Positions 1-5,440 of a stretch of DNA of 5,867 nucleotides are shown here, one piece after another. Origin of the DNA: a virus. The DNA lies in UHGV virus genome UHGV-0285353; one strand, written 5' to 3'. A program made the translations under genes and the position numbers. Within the stretch, counting starts at the first letter, position 1; every line of letters begins with the position of its first letter. The notes under the pieces are model-generated. The model had not been told where the DNA came from, made no database searches, and saw nothing but the letters and a program-made list of their open reading frames with translations.

Positions 1-885
1 GGGATTTGCTTGAGGTACGGCTTGCCCTTGCGCAGTATTTGAAGTCGGAATAGCTTGAGAATTGTTAAGTTGTTGAGTTACGTCAGTTGCAGGAACAATC
101 TGTCTTTGTTCATCTTCAAGTGCAGTATCAGCAACAGATGACACGTATGCTTTTCCGTCCGCTTTATTAGCAACCGCATCACTAATAACCTGTGATGCTA
201 CAGCATCGTAAGGTAAGTATTTTTCTTCTTTATTAGGTTGAGCAGATGGATTATATGCAGGATTTAAGACACGTATATAACTCCAGTTGAAAGTCTCATT
301 AGCATCAGTCGCTGAGCGCTTAATAACACATTTTGCATCTCTCATACCCGTCTCATCAGTCGCCCAAGAATACGGAGTTACTGAAACAAGTATCCAGCCA
401 TTACCCTGCGCATTTCTCGTACATTGATCATTAGCAGCAGCGGAATTTGAAGAAAAGTATTTAGTAACTCCAAATGCACCTGTTTGATAATAGTATTTAA
501 CAGATGGATCTTTTGGATTTGACGGATCACCAACAACAAAATACTTAACACGATTGTTCGCAGGATCCATTACGTAATCAACAGAACCAATCAAAGCTTT
601 AATAGCTAAATCAACTGCCAAAACAGCACCAGTTCTAACAATCATTTTGCTAACTTGAGTAGCTGTTGGTGTAATTGCAGCAGTTCCCGTGGCTGCATAG
701 TTTTTACCATTTAAAACTACGTTTTTAGCCCCGTCATAGAATGTGGTTGCACCTTGTACAAGTCGTTTAGTTACAGACCAACCTTCACCCGCAACAGTAG
801 TCGCGTTTGCTGCCTGTAAAAAAATGAAGTTAGGCGCAAGAGCAACCAGTAACGAGAGCAAAAATATATTTATTCTGTGGATCAT
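1..885 (-). CDS. pIII-like minor coat/adsorption protein, N-terminal 295 codons. The ORF runs off the window start.
   Basis: ATG at 885..883 preceded by AGGAAATAACT (RBS AGGA). The N-terminus MIHRINIFLLSLLVALAPNFIFLQA/ANAT looks like a signal peptide. A long Gly/Thr/Ala/Pro-rich open frame continues to base 1 without a stop. Its position, downstream of pVIII, is as in Ff phages. Confidence 0.6.
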   Translation of the reverse strand, partial: MIHRINIFLLSLLVALAPNFIFLQAANATTVAGEGWSVTKRLVQGATTFYDGAKNVVLNGKNYAATGTAAITPTATQVSKMIVRTGAVLAVDLAIKALIGSVDYVMDPANNRVKYFVVGDPSNPKDPSVKYYYQTGAFGVTKYFSSNSAAANDQCTRNAQGNGWILVSVTPYSWATDETGMRDAKCVIKRSATDANETFNWSYIRVLNPAYNPSAQPNKEEKYLPYDAVASQVISDAVANKADGKAYVSSVADTALEDEQRQIVPATDVTQQLNNSQAIPTSNTAQGQAVPQANP

Positions 886-887
886 AG

Positions 888-953
888 TTATTTCCTGAAT
901 AGCAAGTAAATGACTACCGTCATTAAGATCAAGTAAAAGAAACCAAACGACAT
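888..953 (-). CDS. 21-aa hydrophobic peptide (MSFGFFYLILMTVVIYLLFRK), candidate pVII/pIX-like cap protein or small membrane peptide. Not in the six-frame ORF track provided.
   Basis: ATG at 953..951 with AGGGGG 6 nt upstream. Its TAA stop (890..888) lies 2 nt before the pIII ATG, suggesting translational coupling. The composition is almost entirely hydrophobic with a basic C-terminus. Confidence 0.35.
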   Translation of the reverse strand: MSFGFFYLILMTVVIYLLFRK

Positions 954-974
954 TTAAGACCCCCTGAAACAGAT

Positions 975-994
975 TCGGGAGCCGAAGCTCCCGA
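975..994 (-). terminator. Stable hairpin (8-bp stem, UUCG tetraloop on the mRNA strand) 15 nt downstream of the coat gene stop. Candidate terminator, attenuator or mRNA stabiliser.
   Basis: Plus strand is TCGGGAGC cgaa GCTCCCGA. The minus-strand RNA loop is UUCG. It is followed by U-rich but non-canonical sequence (AAUCUGUUUCAG...). Confidence 0.4.
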
Positions 995-1009
995 TCTTAT
1001 TAATACCTA

Positions 1010-1255
1010 TTAGGTACGATTGAATGCTTGTTTTACATAGCCCCAAACGACCATAGTCGCTTGCGGTACGATCTTAGCTGCACCAATTACCCCAATTACT
1101 GCTACAGCACCCCCAATAACGGCAGTACCTGCTGAAACGTCTAATTCCGCAGCTAAAGCAGCGTTAGACAATGCAGCAGTACCTACAGCAAGAACTACCT
1201 TCTCAGAAGTAGTTAAAGGACGTTTAGCTTGTTGGTTTTGGTTTTTTTGTTCCAT
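1010..1255 (-). CDS. pVIII-like major coat protein precursor (81 aa; predicted mature form about 46 aa).
   Basis: RBS AAGGGG 7 nt upstream of the ATG. The N-region plus hydrophobic h-region ends in ALA/AE, an AxA cleavage site. The predicted mature protein AELDVSAGTAVIGGAVAVIGVIGAAKIVPQATMVVWGYVKQAFNRT has an acidic N-terminus, a hydrophobic core and a basic C-terminus, the same layout as M13 pVIII (AEGDDP...KKFTSKAS). Confidence 0.75.
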   Translation of the reverse strand: MEQKNQNQQAKRPLTTSEKVVLAVGTAALSNAALAAELDVSAGTAVIGGAVAVIGVIGAAKIVPQATMVVWGYVKQAFNRT

Positions 1256-1260
1256 GGTTT

Positions 1261-1455
1261 TTACCCCTTTTTAAACATGTCGCTAACCATATTGGCTACC
1301 CAAACGCTAGCGAACACTACTAGTATTTGACTAAGCAAGACATTTGCATCAGTCACGGAAATGTTCAAAAGATCGAAATCCTCTTTTGCAACATATGTGA
1401 CACACGTTGTCTGATTGTTTACTTGTGCAATCTCTTTACAAACGTATGTCGTCAT
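1261..1455 (-). CDS. 64-aa small protein with a C-terminal transmembrane segment, sitting in the pVII/pIX position between the ssDNA-binding protein gene and the coat gene.
   Basis: Hydrophobic C-terminal segment VLLSQILVVFASVWVANMV. The stop lies 5 nt before the pVIII start. Codon usage is plausible. The RBS is weak (aaaaag). Confidence 0.45.
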   Translation of the reverse strand: MTTYVCKEIAQVNNQTTCVTYVAKEDFDLLNISVTDANVLLSQILVVFASVWVANMVSDMFKKG

Positions 1456-1470
1456 CTTTTTATTACCCCA

Positions 1471-1515
1471 AAAAAAACACTGACTTGCGTAATACGCTCC
1501 CCAAAAGTCAGTGTT
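1471..1515 (-). terminator. Intrinsic-terminator-like hairpin on the minus (mRNA) strand between the pV-like gene and downstream genes. Stem is 11 bp, loop 18 nt, followed by a U7 run.
   Basis: Perfect inverted repeat AACACTGACTT (1476-1486) / AAGTCAGTGTT (1505-1515). The A7 run at 1471-1477 on the plus strand becomes U7 immediately 3' of the hairpin on the minus-strand RNA. The loop contains a mini-palindrome GCGTAaTACGC. Confidence 0.5.
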
Positions 1516-1540
1516 ATACGGAAAAAACTATTTAAATTTC

Positions 1541-1777
1541 TTAGGCTAAATCGGCAGATGAAAAAACAAGGCTGCGATTACGTTGATGCAAAGTAAGTTG
1601 AGAGATTATCTCTCCAGTGGTTGCAAGAGCATCAAGAGTAGCTGCGTCTTGAGGCTTGTCAGGATTGATATATTTTCGAACAGGTTCTAAAACTTCAACG
1701 AAATAAAAAGAACCACCATCCGATTTTTTAGTGCCTTTTTGTACTTGAGCATTTTCGATAATTGTTTTTACAGACAT
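1541..1777 (-). CDS. pV-like ssDNA-binding protein (78 aa from the ATG at 1777; the ORF track starts at an upstream GTG at 1786).
   Basis: AGGTGG RBS 5 nt upstream of ATG 1777..1775. The N-terminal half VKTIIENAQVQKGTKKSDGGSFYFVEV resembles, from memory, the inovirus gene V DNA-binding wing (Pf3: IQITFTDSVRQGTSAKGNPYTFQEG). Size and position (before the coat genes) fit. Confidence 0.55.
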   Translation of the reverse strand: MSVKTIIENAQVQKGTKKSDGGSFYFVEVLEPVRKYINPDKPQDAATLDALATTGEIISQLTLHQRNRSLVFSSADLA

Positions 1778-1824
1778 TTTTGCCACCTATATGTTTATAC
1801 GGTTAATAAATCAGTACAATTAGT

Positions 1825-1872
1825 ATGTTGTCATGTTGTCATGTTGTCAATACAGCAAGTAATCATGTTGTT
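1825..1872. repeat. Tandem direct repeat (ATGTTGTC) x3 at 1825-1848 plus a degenerate fourth copy ATGTTGTT at 1865-1872, in the divergent intergenic region. Candidate operator or iteron.
   Basis: Exact 8-bp units are seen directly. On the minus strand the array reads GACAACAT x3 and contains a perfect TTGACA hexamer. It lies between the divergent starts at 1777 (minus) and 1913 (plus). Confidence 0.6.
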
Positions 1873-1912
1873 AAAATAAATTTCGTCAGGTGCATAAAGG
1901 TTTGAAAAATCG

Positions 1913-2101
1913 ATGATTTCCGCATATCTAAGGATTAACAAAAAAGAGGAAAAATCCCTCTTAGAATTATCAGAACAAGTTAATAAGCAGAGACTAGATT
2001 TAAAAATGGGCGTACTAAAAGAAAGTGAAATACTTCATCGACTTATCAATGAAGCATTCAAGAAGGCAAAAGCTGAAGATGGTGAAGTAAAAATTAAATA
2101 A
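1913..2101 (+). CDS. 62-aa basic/helical small protein on the opposite strand. Candidate DNA-binding regulator (RHH-like or repressor). Its 3' end overlaps the Rep 3' end convergently by 8 nt.
   Basis: It is the only plus-strand ORF not antisense to a convincing minus gene over most of its length. The protein is Lys/Glu-rich with predicted beta-strand, helix, helix segments (AYLRINK / EEKSLLELSEQ / ESEILHRLINEAFKK). The RBS is weak. The repeats lie immediately upstream. Confidence 0.4.
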   Translation: MISAYLRINKKEEKSLLELSEQVNKQRLDLKMGVLKESEILHRLINEAFKKAKAEDGEVKIK

Positions 2102-3308
2102 TCCCGCGATAAGTCATGAAATCAATTTCATGACTTTCCAATGTATCGATTTCTTTTTGTATTAATAAACTCAAATTATATTCAGCAGATCCAGAACCAA
2201 AGCAGCCATTTTTATAATCATCTTCAAGCCAAACCAAATATTCATGACGCTTCTGGTACTTCTTAAGAATATCAAAAACAATCTTTTCAACTTCAGTAAG
2301 CAGGATACTAGTTAACTCGGTTTCTTCAGCTAGTTCTTCATCTGACTTTTCAGCAATATCTAAATCAGCCTTAGCACCACGTGACCAAACTAACTGACGC
2401 TGACCTTTAAAGGTCAAAGCAAACTCTTGAAATAATTTTGAAGATAATTTTCCATGTATTTCAACATCTTCAACAGAAAGCTGAAGTAAATCAAATGCAG
2501 AAAAAGAATCGCCACGACCCTTTTTAATATGTCCCTTGGTTAATTCGTTCTCAATACCCCATTTCGAAACGTACTTATCTGCATAAGTACCATCTCTTAA
2601 ATCTAAACCATGCTCATTAGGCATTGGTAAACCAGATTTAACACAAGCAGCTTGCCATGCTCTTAATAGTTCACAAGTGAAAGTTGATTCAAGTTGAATG
2701 GATAAATCATTGTTTTCACAAAATAAAAGTATATGAAAATGAGGATGCCAACCATTAGAACCAAAAGTTACTTCAAAAGAACGAACCATGTGAACACGAC
2801 CCAAAAGAGCCAAAGTTTCACGACCTAAACGACCCTCAAAAAATCTTTTTAAGGCAGCACGCTGAGCATAAATCATGCCTTTTAAATATGTATCTGAAGA
2901 GTGCGGATTAGTAAGGGTTAATAGCCTAAGCACGCCACCTCTATTTTTCCATTCAGCACATGCTTTTTTTAATTCTTCTCTACGTTTTTCAGTAACTTGC
3001 TTTGCACAGACAGGACATGACCAGATAGAACCGCAACGCTGAACGTTAGCCCAATGAGCCTTTTGGCGTTCTTCATTGAACATAACAGAGCGTTTCTTTT
3101 CTTTATCGATACGTTTCTTTAAACAGTTAGTTACTCTTTCAGTAGGTAATAATTTAGATGCCTGATCCTGAAGAATATAATCGTGAAGTCTCTCAAACCC
3201 TTTGTTTTCAAGCTTGGCATGAGATTTCGTAAATATACCAAGGGCGGATTTTTTTTGACTTAATCCTAGATCCATATGATAATAGTCCCGTGTGTTAGCA
3301 GTACACAA
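2094..3308 (-). CDS. Rolling-circle replication initiator (HUH endonuclease superfamily Rep, functionally pII/RstA-equivalent). The true start is probably the ATG at 3275 (393 aa) rather than the TTG at 3308.
   Basis: Three RCR motifs in the canonical order: motif I VLRLLTLTNP, motif II GWHPHFHILLF (His-hydrophobic-His), motif III YADKYVSKWG (two-tyrosine Y-x-x-K-Y). An upstream Cys cluster CGSIWSCPVCA follows a zinc-ribbon pattern. The ORF is 404 aa and in the same orientation as the structural genes. Confidence 0.9.
   Translation of the reverse strand: MCTANTRDYYHMDLGLSQKKSALGIFTKSHAKLENKGFERLHDYILQDQASKLLPTERVTNCLKKRIDKEKKRSVMFNEERQKAHWANVQRCGSIWSCPVCAKQVTEKRREELKKACAEWKNRGGVLRLLTLTNPHSSDTYLKGMIYAQRAALKRFFEGRLGRETLALLGRVHMVRSFEVTFGSNGWHPHFHILLFCENNDLSIQLESTFTCELLRAWQAACVKSGLPMPNEHGLDLRDGTYADKYVSKWGIENELTKGHIKKGRGDSFSAFDLLQLSVEDVEIHGKLSSKLFQEFALTFKGQRQLVWSRGAKADLDIAEKSDEELAEETELTSILLTEVEKIVFDILKKYQKRHEYLVWLEDDYKNGCFGSGSAEYNLSLLIQKEIDTLESHEIDFMTYRGII
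2111..2136. repeat. Perfect 11-bp inverted repeat hairpin (AAGTCATGAAA tcaa TTTCATGACTT) inside the last codons of Rep, just past the stop of the convergent 62-aa ORF.
   Basis: Seen directly. The position suggests either a bidirectional terminator for the convergent transcripts or an origin/structural element. Confidence 0.5.
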
Positions 3309-3314
3309 AGTTTC

Positions 3315-3346
3315 AAAAAAGGACCGTCGGCAAACGGTCCTTTTTT
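3315..3346. terminator. Bidirectional rho-independent terminator between the RHH gene and Rep.
   Basis: AAAAAA GGACCGT cggcaa ACGGTCC TTTTTT. A 7-bp GC-rich stem is flanked by an A6 run and a T6 run, so either strand gives a hairpin plus U-run. It sits 12 nt past the RHH stop. Confidence 0.7.
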
Positions 3347-3358
3347 CTTCCCCAAATT

Positions 3359-3556
3359 TTAAGTGTTGTCTTTTTGTCTTGTTGTCATATTAGCATTTTT
3401 AGAATTATTAAATAAATCCTGCTGTGAGAAGCGCTTCACATAATCACGCATATATTTTCTTAATTCTTGAGATGCTGTTGAATCCTGTGATTTACAACAA
3501 GAAATAAAAGCTTCTTTCAATTCCTGATCAACTCGAATTGGTAGATTAGATAGCAT
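3359..3556 (-). CDS. 65-aa ribbon-helix-helix (CopG/Arc/MetJ-like) DNA-binding protein, a candidate autorepressor or early regulator. The 85-aa ORF in the track is shortened here to the internal ATG.
   Basis: GGAG RBS 8 nt upstream of ATG 3556..3554. The sequence MLSNLPIRVDQELKEAFISCCKSQDSTASQELRKYMRDYV fits beta-strand, helix A, S-x-S turn, helix B as in Arc/CopG (compare GRSVNSEIYQRVMESF). Palindromic operators lie immediately upstream. Confidence 0.6.
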   Translation of the reverse strand: MLSNLPIRVDQELKEAFISCCKSQDSTASQELRKYMRDYVKRFSQQDLFNNSKNANMTTRQKDNT

Positions 3557-3572
3557 AATGGTGACTCCTATT

Positions 3573-3611
3573 TGTATATACACAGTATATACACAATAAA
3601 TAGGATGTAAA
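3573..3611 (-). promoter_or_regulatory. Candidate sigma70-type promoter for the RHH gene, overlapped by two palindromic operator sites (TGTATATACA at 3573-3582; GTATATAC at 3585-3592) whose centres are 11 bp apart.
   Basis: On the minus strand: -35 TTTACA (plus strand 3606-3611), a 16-bp spacer, -10 TATACT (plus strand 3584-3589). The palindromes are read directly and cover the -10 and the predicted start site, a classic autoregulatory RHH arrangement. Confidence 0.5.
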
Positions 3612-3625
3612 TACATTATTTGATT

Positions 3626-3817
3626 TTAATCATTATCCCAATGTTTATGTCCATGTGCCTTCCCCCTTCCTTCTTCGCCTCGTCCTCGTCCCTCGTCCTC
3701 GTTGTCGTCGTCAGGTAAAGGCACTAAATCAAGCATAGCGCTTCGAGTGTAATAAAAACTTAAAGCTATAAAAAATAAAGTAAAAAATATAAGACCAAAA
3801 ATCTGCCAAAAAGACAT
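3626..3817 (-). CDS. 63-aa predicted single-pass membrane protein with a low-complexity acidic/Gly-Arg/His tail. First ORF after the intergenic region. Function unknown.
   Basis: N-terminal hydrophobic helix FWQIFGLIFFTLFFIALSFYY. The tail DDDNEDEGRGRGEEGRGKAHGHKHWDND is encoded by a GC-rich polypurine tract that is atypical for this genome. GGGGG lies 4 nt upstream of the ATG. A T-rich or low-complexity artefact cannot be excluded. Confidence 0.4.
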   Translation of the reverse strand: MSFWQIFGLIFFTLFFIALSFYYTRSAMLDLVPLPDDDNEDEGRGRGEEGRGKAHGHKHWDND

Positions 3818-3834
3818 AATACCCCCGAGTCAAA

Positions 3835-3921
3835 GTGTCTAGACTACGCCTTGAGACACTCAAAAAACACGTTAAATCAATTTTTATACACGGTGTGTCT
3901 CAATTCCCCTGAAGACACTTC
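3835..3921. promoter_or_regulatory. Intergenic region between pI/Zot and the early genes carrying alternating GTGTCT/AGACAC motifs and inverted repeats. Candidate origin, packaging signal or early promoter region.
   Basis: GTCTAGAC palindrome (3837-3844). The 9-bp inverted repeat TTGAGACAC (3851-3859) / GTGTCTCAA (3895-3903). Imperfect palindromes TTGAGacaCTCAA (3851-3863) and GAAGacaCTTC (3911-3921). The hexamer AGACAC or its complement occurs four times within about 85 bp. Confidence 0.4.
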
Positions 3922-3977
3922 TCTGTTAATTCCACGTTACATCAAATAGACGGTTTTTGTAATCAAAGAGAAGAAAT

Positions 3978-5153
3978 TTAAATTAAGCCTTGAGCTTTGG
4001 CAGACTGATATTTAGCAATAAATTCAGCATCATATTCTTGAGTCTGGGGCTGGTTAGTGAATTGCTGTACTTGCTGAGGTTGATTACTAAAACCCTGAGC
4101 TTGCTGCTTAAAATAGTTATATGGACGGTCATTGTTTTCAATTAGTTTTCTACAGTCTGATTGACTTACATCACGCAAAATTGTTCCCTGCTCAGTGTAT
4201 GCAACATATCGGGAACCCTTCTTCATACAACCAGAAAACACAGGCTTTGACGTAATCTCATAGCTAATTTGACTAGTATCAACATCATAAGGCTTATTTG
4301 GATTGTACTTAACAGAAATAGACTGCATGTCATTCTGTGTTTTCATTAGGTTTTCCTGATCTCTCTTAGCTTTGTATTCAGGGTCTAAACCTTCCTTACA
4401 CATCTCAGCAGACCAACCGAGTTGTTTTACACATTCATCTACCTTCTTTTGCAACGGATCGGCAGCTTTAGGAATCTCTGCTTTAATTGTTTTAGGCTCT
4501 TCTTTTTGCGAATCTTGTTGCTTTATATAGAAATAGCCAAATGCACCTATTGCAAGAATTAGCATCCAAATCCCTTGTACCATTTTTGCAGGCAATTTAA
4601 TTTTGCCATGAGTATCAGCACCACCTTTTGACGAGGTATACATGCTGAATAAATGTTTTGGGTACGTGAATGTACCAGTATCTTCTGCATCTGCTTTTAC
4701 TGACTTAGTATTCGGGTTCAACTGGTGATACTTCCATAACCACCAAGTTGCCATTTTCATACCCATTGGACGATGCAAGTGATAATGCATCCCAACCATG
4801 TCTAAAACGTCTGCATTCAACAAACGTGGGGCTTGAGTAATGAAAATAATATCCAAGAACTCAGCATGTCTATGCGTCTGTAAAAACTCTACTTCTGGAT
4901 GGTTTTCATTCTTAACCGGATGCTTATATTTTTTTGAAAAGTGGCTGATCTTTTGAGCTTCATCAATCACAACTAAAGATCGTGCCGGATAGTCTTCAAA
5001 ACTAGACTTTAAAGGTTGTGCAGTGTCTAGTTTTAACCCTTCAATATTTGAGAATATATTCCAAGGCTCTGCCTCATTTGCACGTGCAAATATCTCTTTG
5101 ACAGCCCATAAAGTTTTCCCCGAGCCAGGCGTGGCAGTAATTAAATAAATCAT
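3978..5153 (-). CDS. zot: pI/Zot-like filamentous phage assembly ATPase (391 aa).
   Basis: N-terminal Walker A TATPGSGKT and Walker B LVVIDEAQ. A central TM helix GIWMLILAIGAFGYFYI is followed by a C-terminal domain with Cys residues and a Q-rich tail. The AGGA RBS overlaps the upstream stop. Position is after pVI, as in Ff/CTX-phi. Confidence 0.9.
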   Translation of the reverse strand: MIYLITATPGSGKTLWAVKEIFARANEAEPWNIFSNIEGLKLDTAQPLKSSFEDYPARSLVVIDEAQKISHFSKKYKHPVKNENHPEVEFLQTHRHAEFLDIIFITQAPRLLNADVLDMVGMHYHLHRPMGMKMATWWLWKYHQLNPNTKSVKADAEDTGTFTYPKHLFSMYTSSKGGADTHGKIKLPAKMVQGIWMLILAIGAFGYFYIKQQDSQKEEPKTIKAEIPKAADPLQKKVDECVKQLGWSAEMCKEGLDPEYKAKRDQENLMKTQNDMQSISVKYNPNKPYDVDTSQISYEITSKPVFSGCMKKGSRYVAYTEQGTILRDVSQSDCRKLIENNDRPYNYFKQQAQGFSNQPQQVQQFTNQPQTQEYDAEFIAKYQSAKAQGLI

Positions 5154-5164
5154 TATTTTTTATC

Positions 5165-5440
5165 CTAATTCTTCGAAAGTGCAAGTGAAGAACTTGCAAT
5201 AATTGCTCTAGCAATAAATGCCGAAAAAATAATTGAAACGCATTTATCTAGACCAGCTACCCCAACAAGACCAGCTAGATTTCCGACCGCAAAAAAGTCA
5301 GACATAAAGCGATCTAATAAATAATTTACGACCGTTAAAACAATCGTAGAAGACACCAGAGAAATTCCCGCACCTGCTAGTAAACGTCTAAGAAAACCCG
5401 AAGCAAGAATTTCACCTATAAACTTGAATAAATTACCCAC
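5165..5440 (-). CDS. pVI-like minor coat protein (91 aa, GTG start).
   Basis: AGGAG RBS 9 nt upstream of GTG 5440..5438. The protein is highly hydrophobic and multi-TM. The start overlaps the pIII stop, and the gene lies between pIII and pI as in Ff phages. Confidence 0.6.
   Translation of the reverse strand: MGNLFKFIGEILASGFLRRLLAGAGISLVSSTIVLTVVNYLLDRFMSDFFAVGNLAGLVGVAGLDKCVSIIFSAFIARAIIASSSLALSKN

Noticed and set aside
1327-1596. 89-aa plus-strand ORF
   Set aside because: It is entirely antisense to the 64-aa ORF, the terminator hairpin and the 3' end of the pV-like gene. It has no RBS and a Cys/Ile/Phe-rich composition typical of antisense frames in AT-rich DNA.
1825-1848. CRISPR array or other long repeat array
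   Set aside because: Only three 8-bp units with no spacers are present. This is a short tandem repeat of the kind seen in operators or iterons, not a CRISPR array.
3276-3308. TTG start for Rep at 3308 (and GTG start for the pV-like ORF at 1786) as given in the ORF track
   Set aside because: There are no Shine-Dalgarno sequences upstream. The downstream ATG codons (3275; 1777) are better candidates, and 1777 has a clear AGGTGG RBS. The Rep start remains uncertain.
3557-3616. N-terminal 20-aa extension (MYLHPIYCVYTVYIQIGVTI) of the 85-aa track ORF
   Set aside because: The extension is translated across the palindromic operator and promoter sequence. There is no RBS before the upstream ATG, whereas the internal ATG at 3556 has a GGAG RBS at ideal spacing and begins the RHH beta-strand.
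3850-3877. Possible XerC/XerD dif-like attP site in the intergenic region
   Set aside because: There is only a partial XerD-arm-like match (GTTAAAT / TGTTAAT). No credible XerC arm (..ATAA) precedes it at the right 6-bp spacing. This is insufficient to call.
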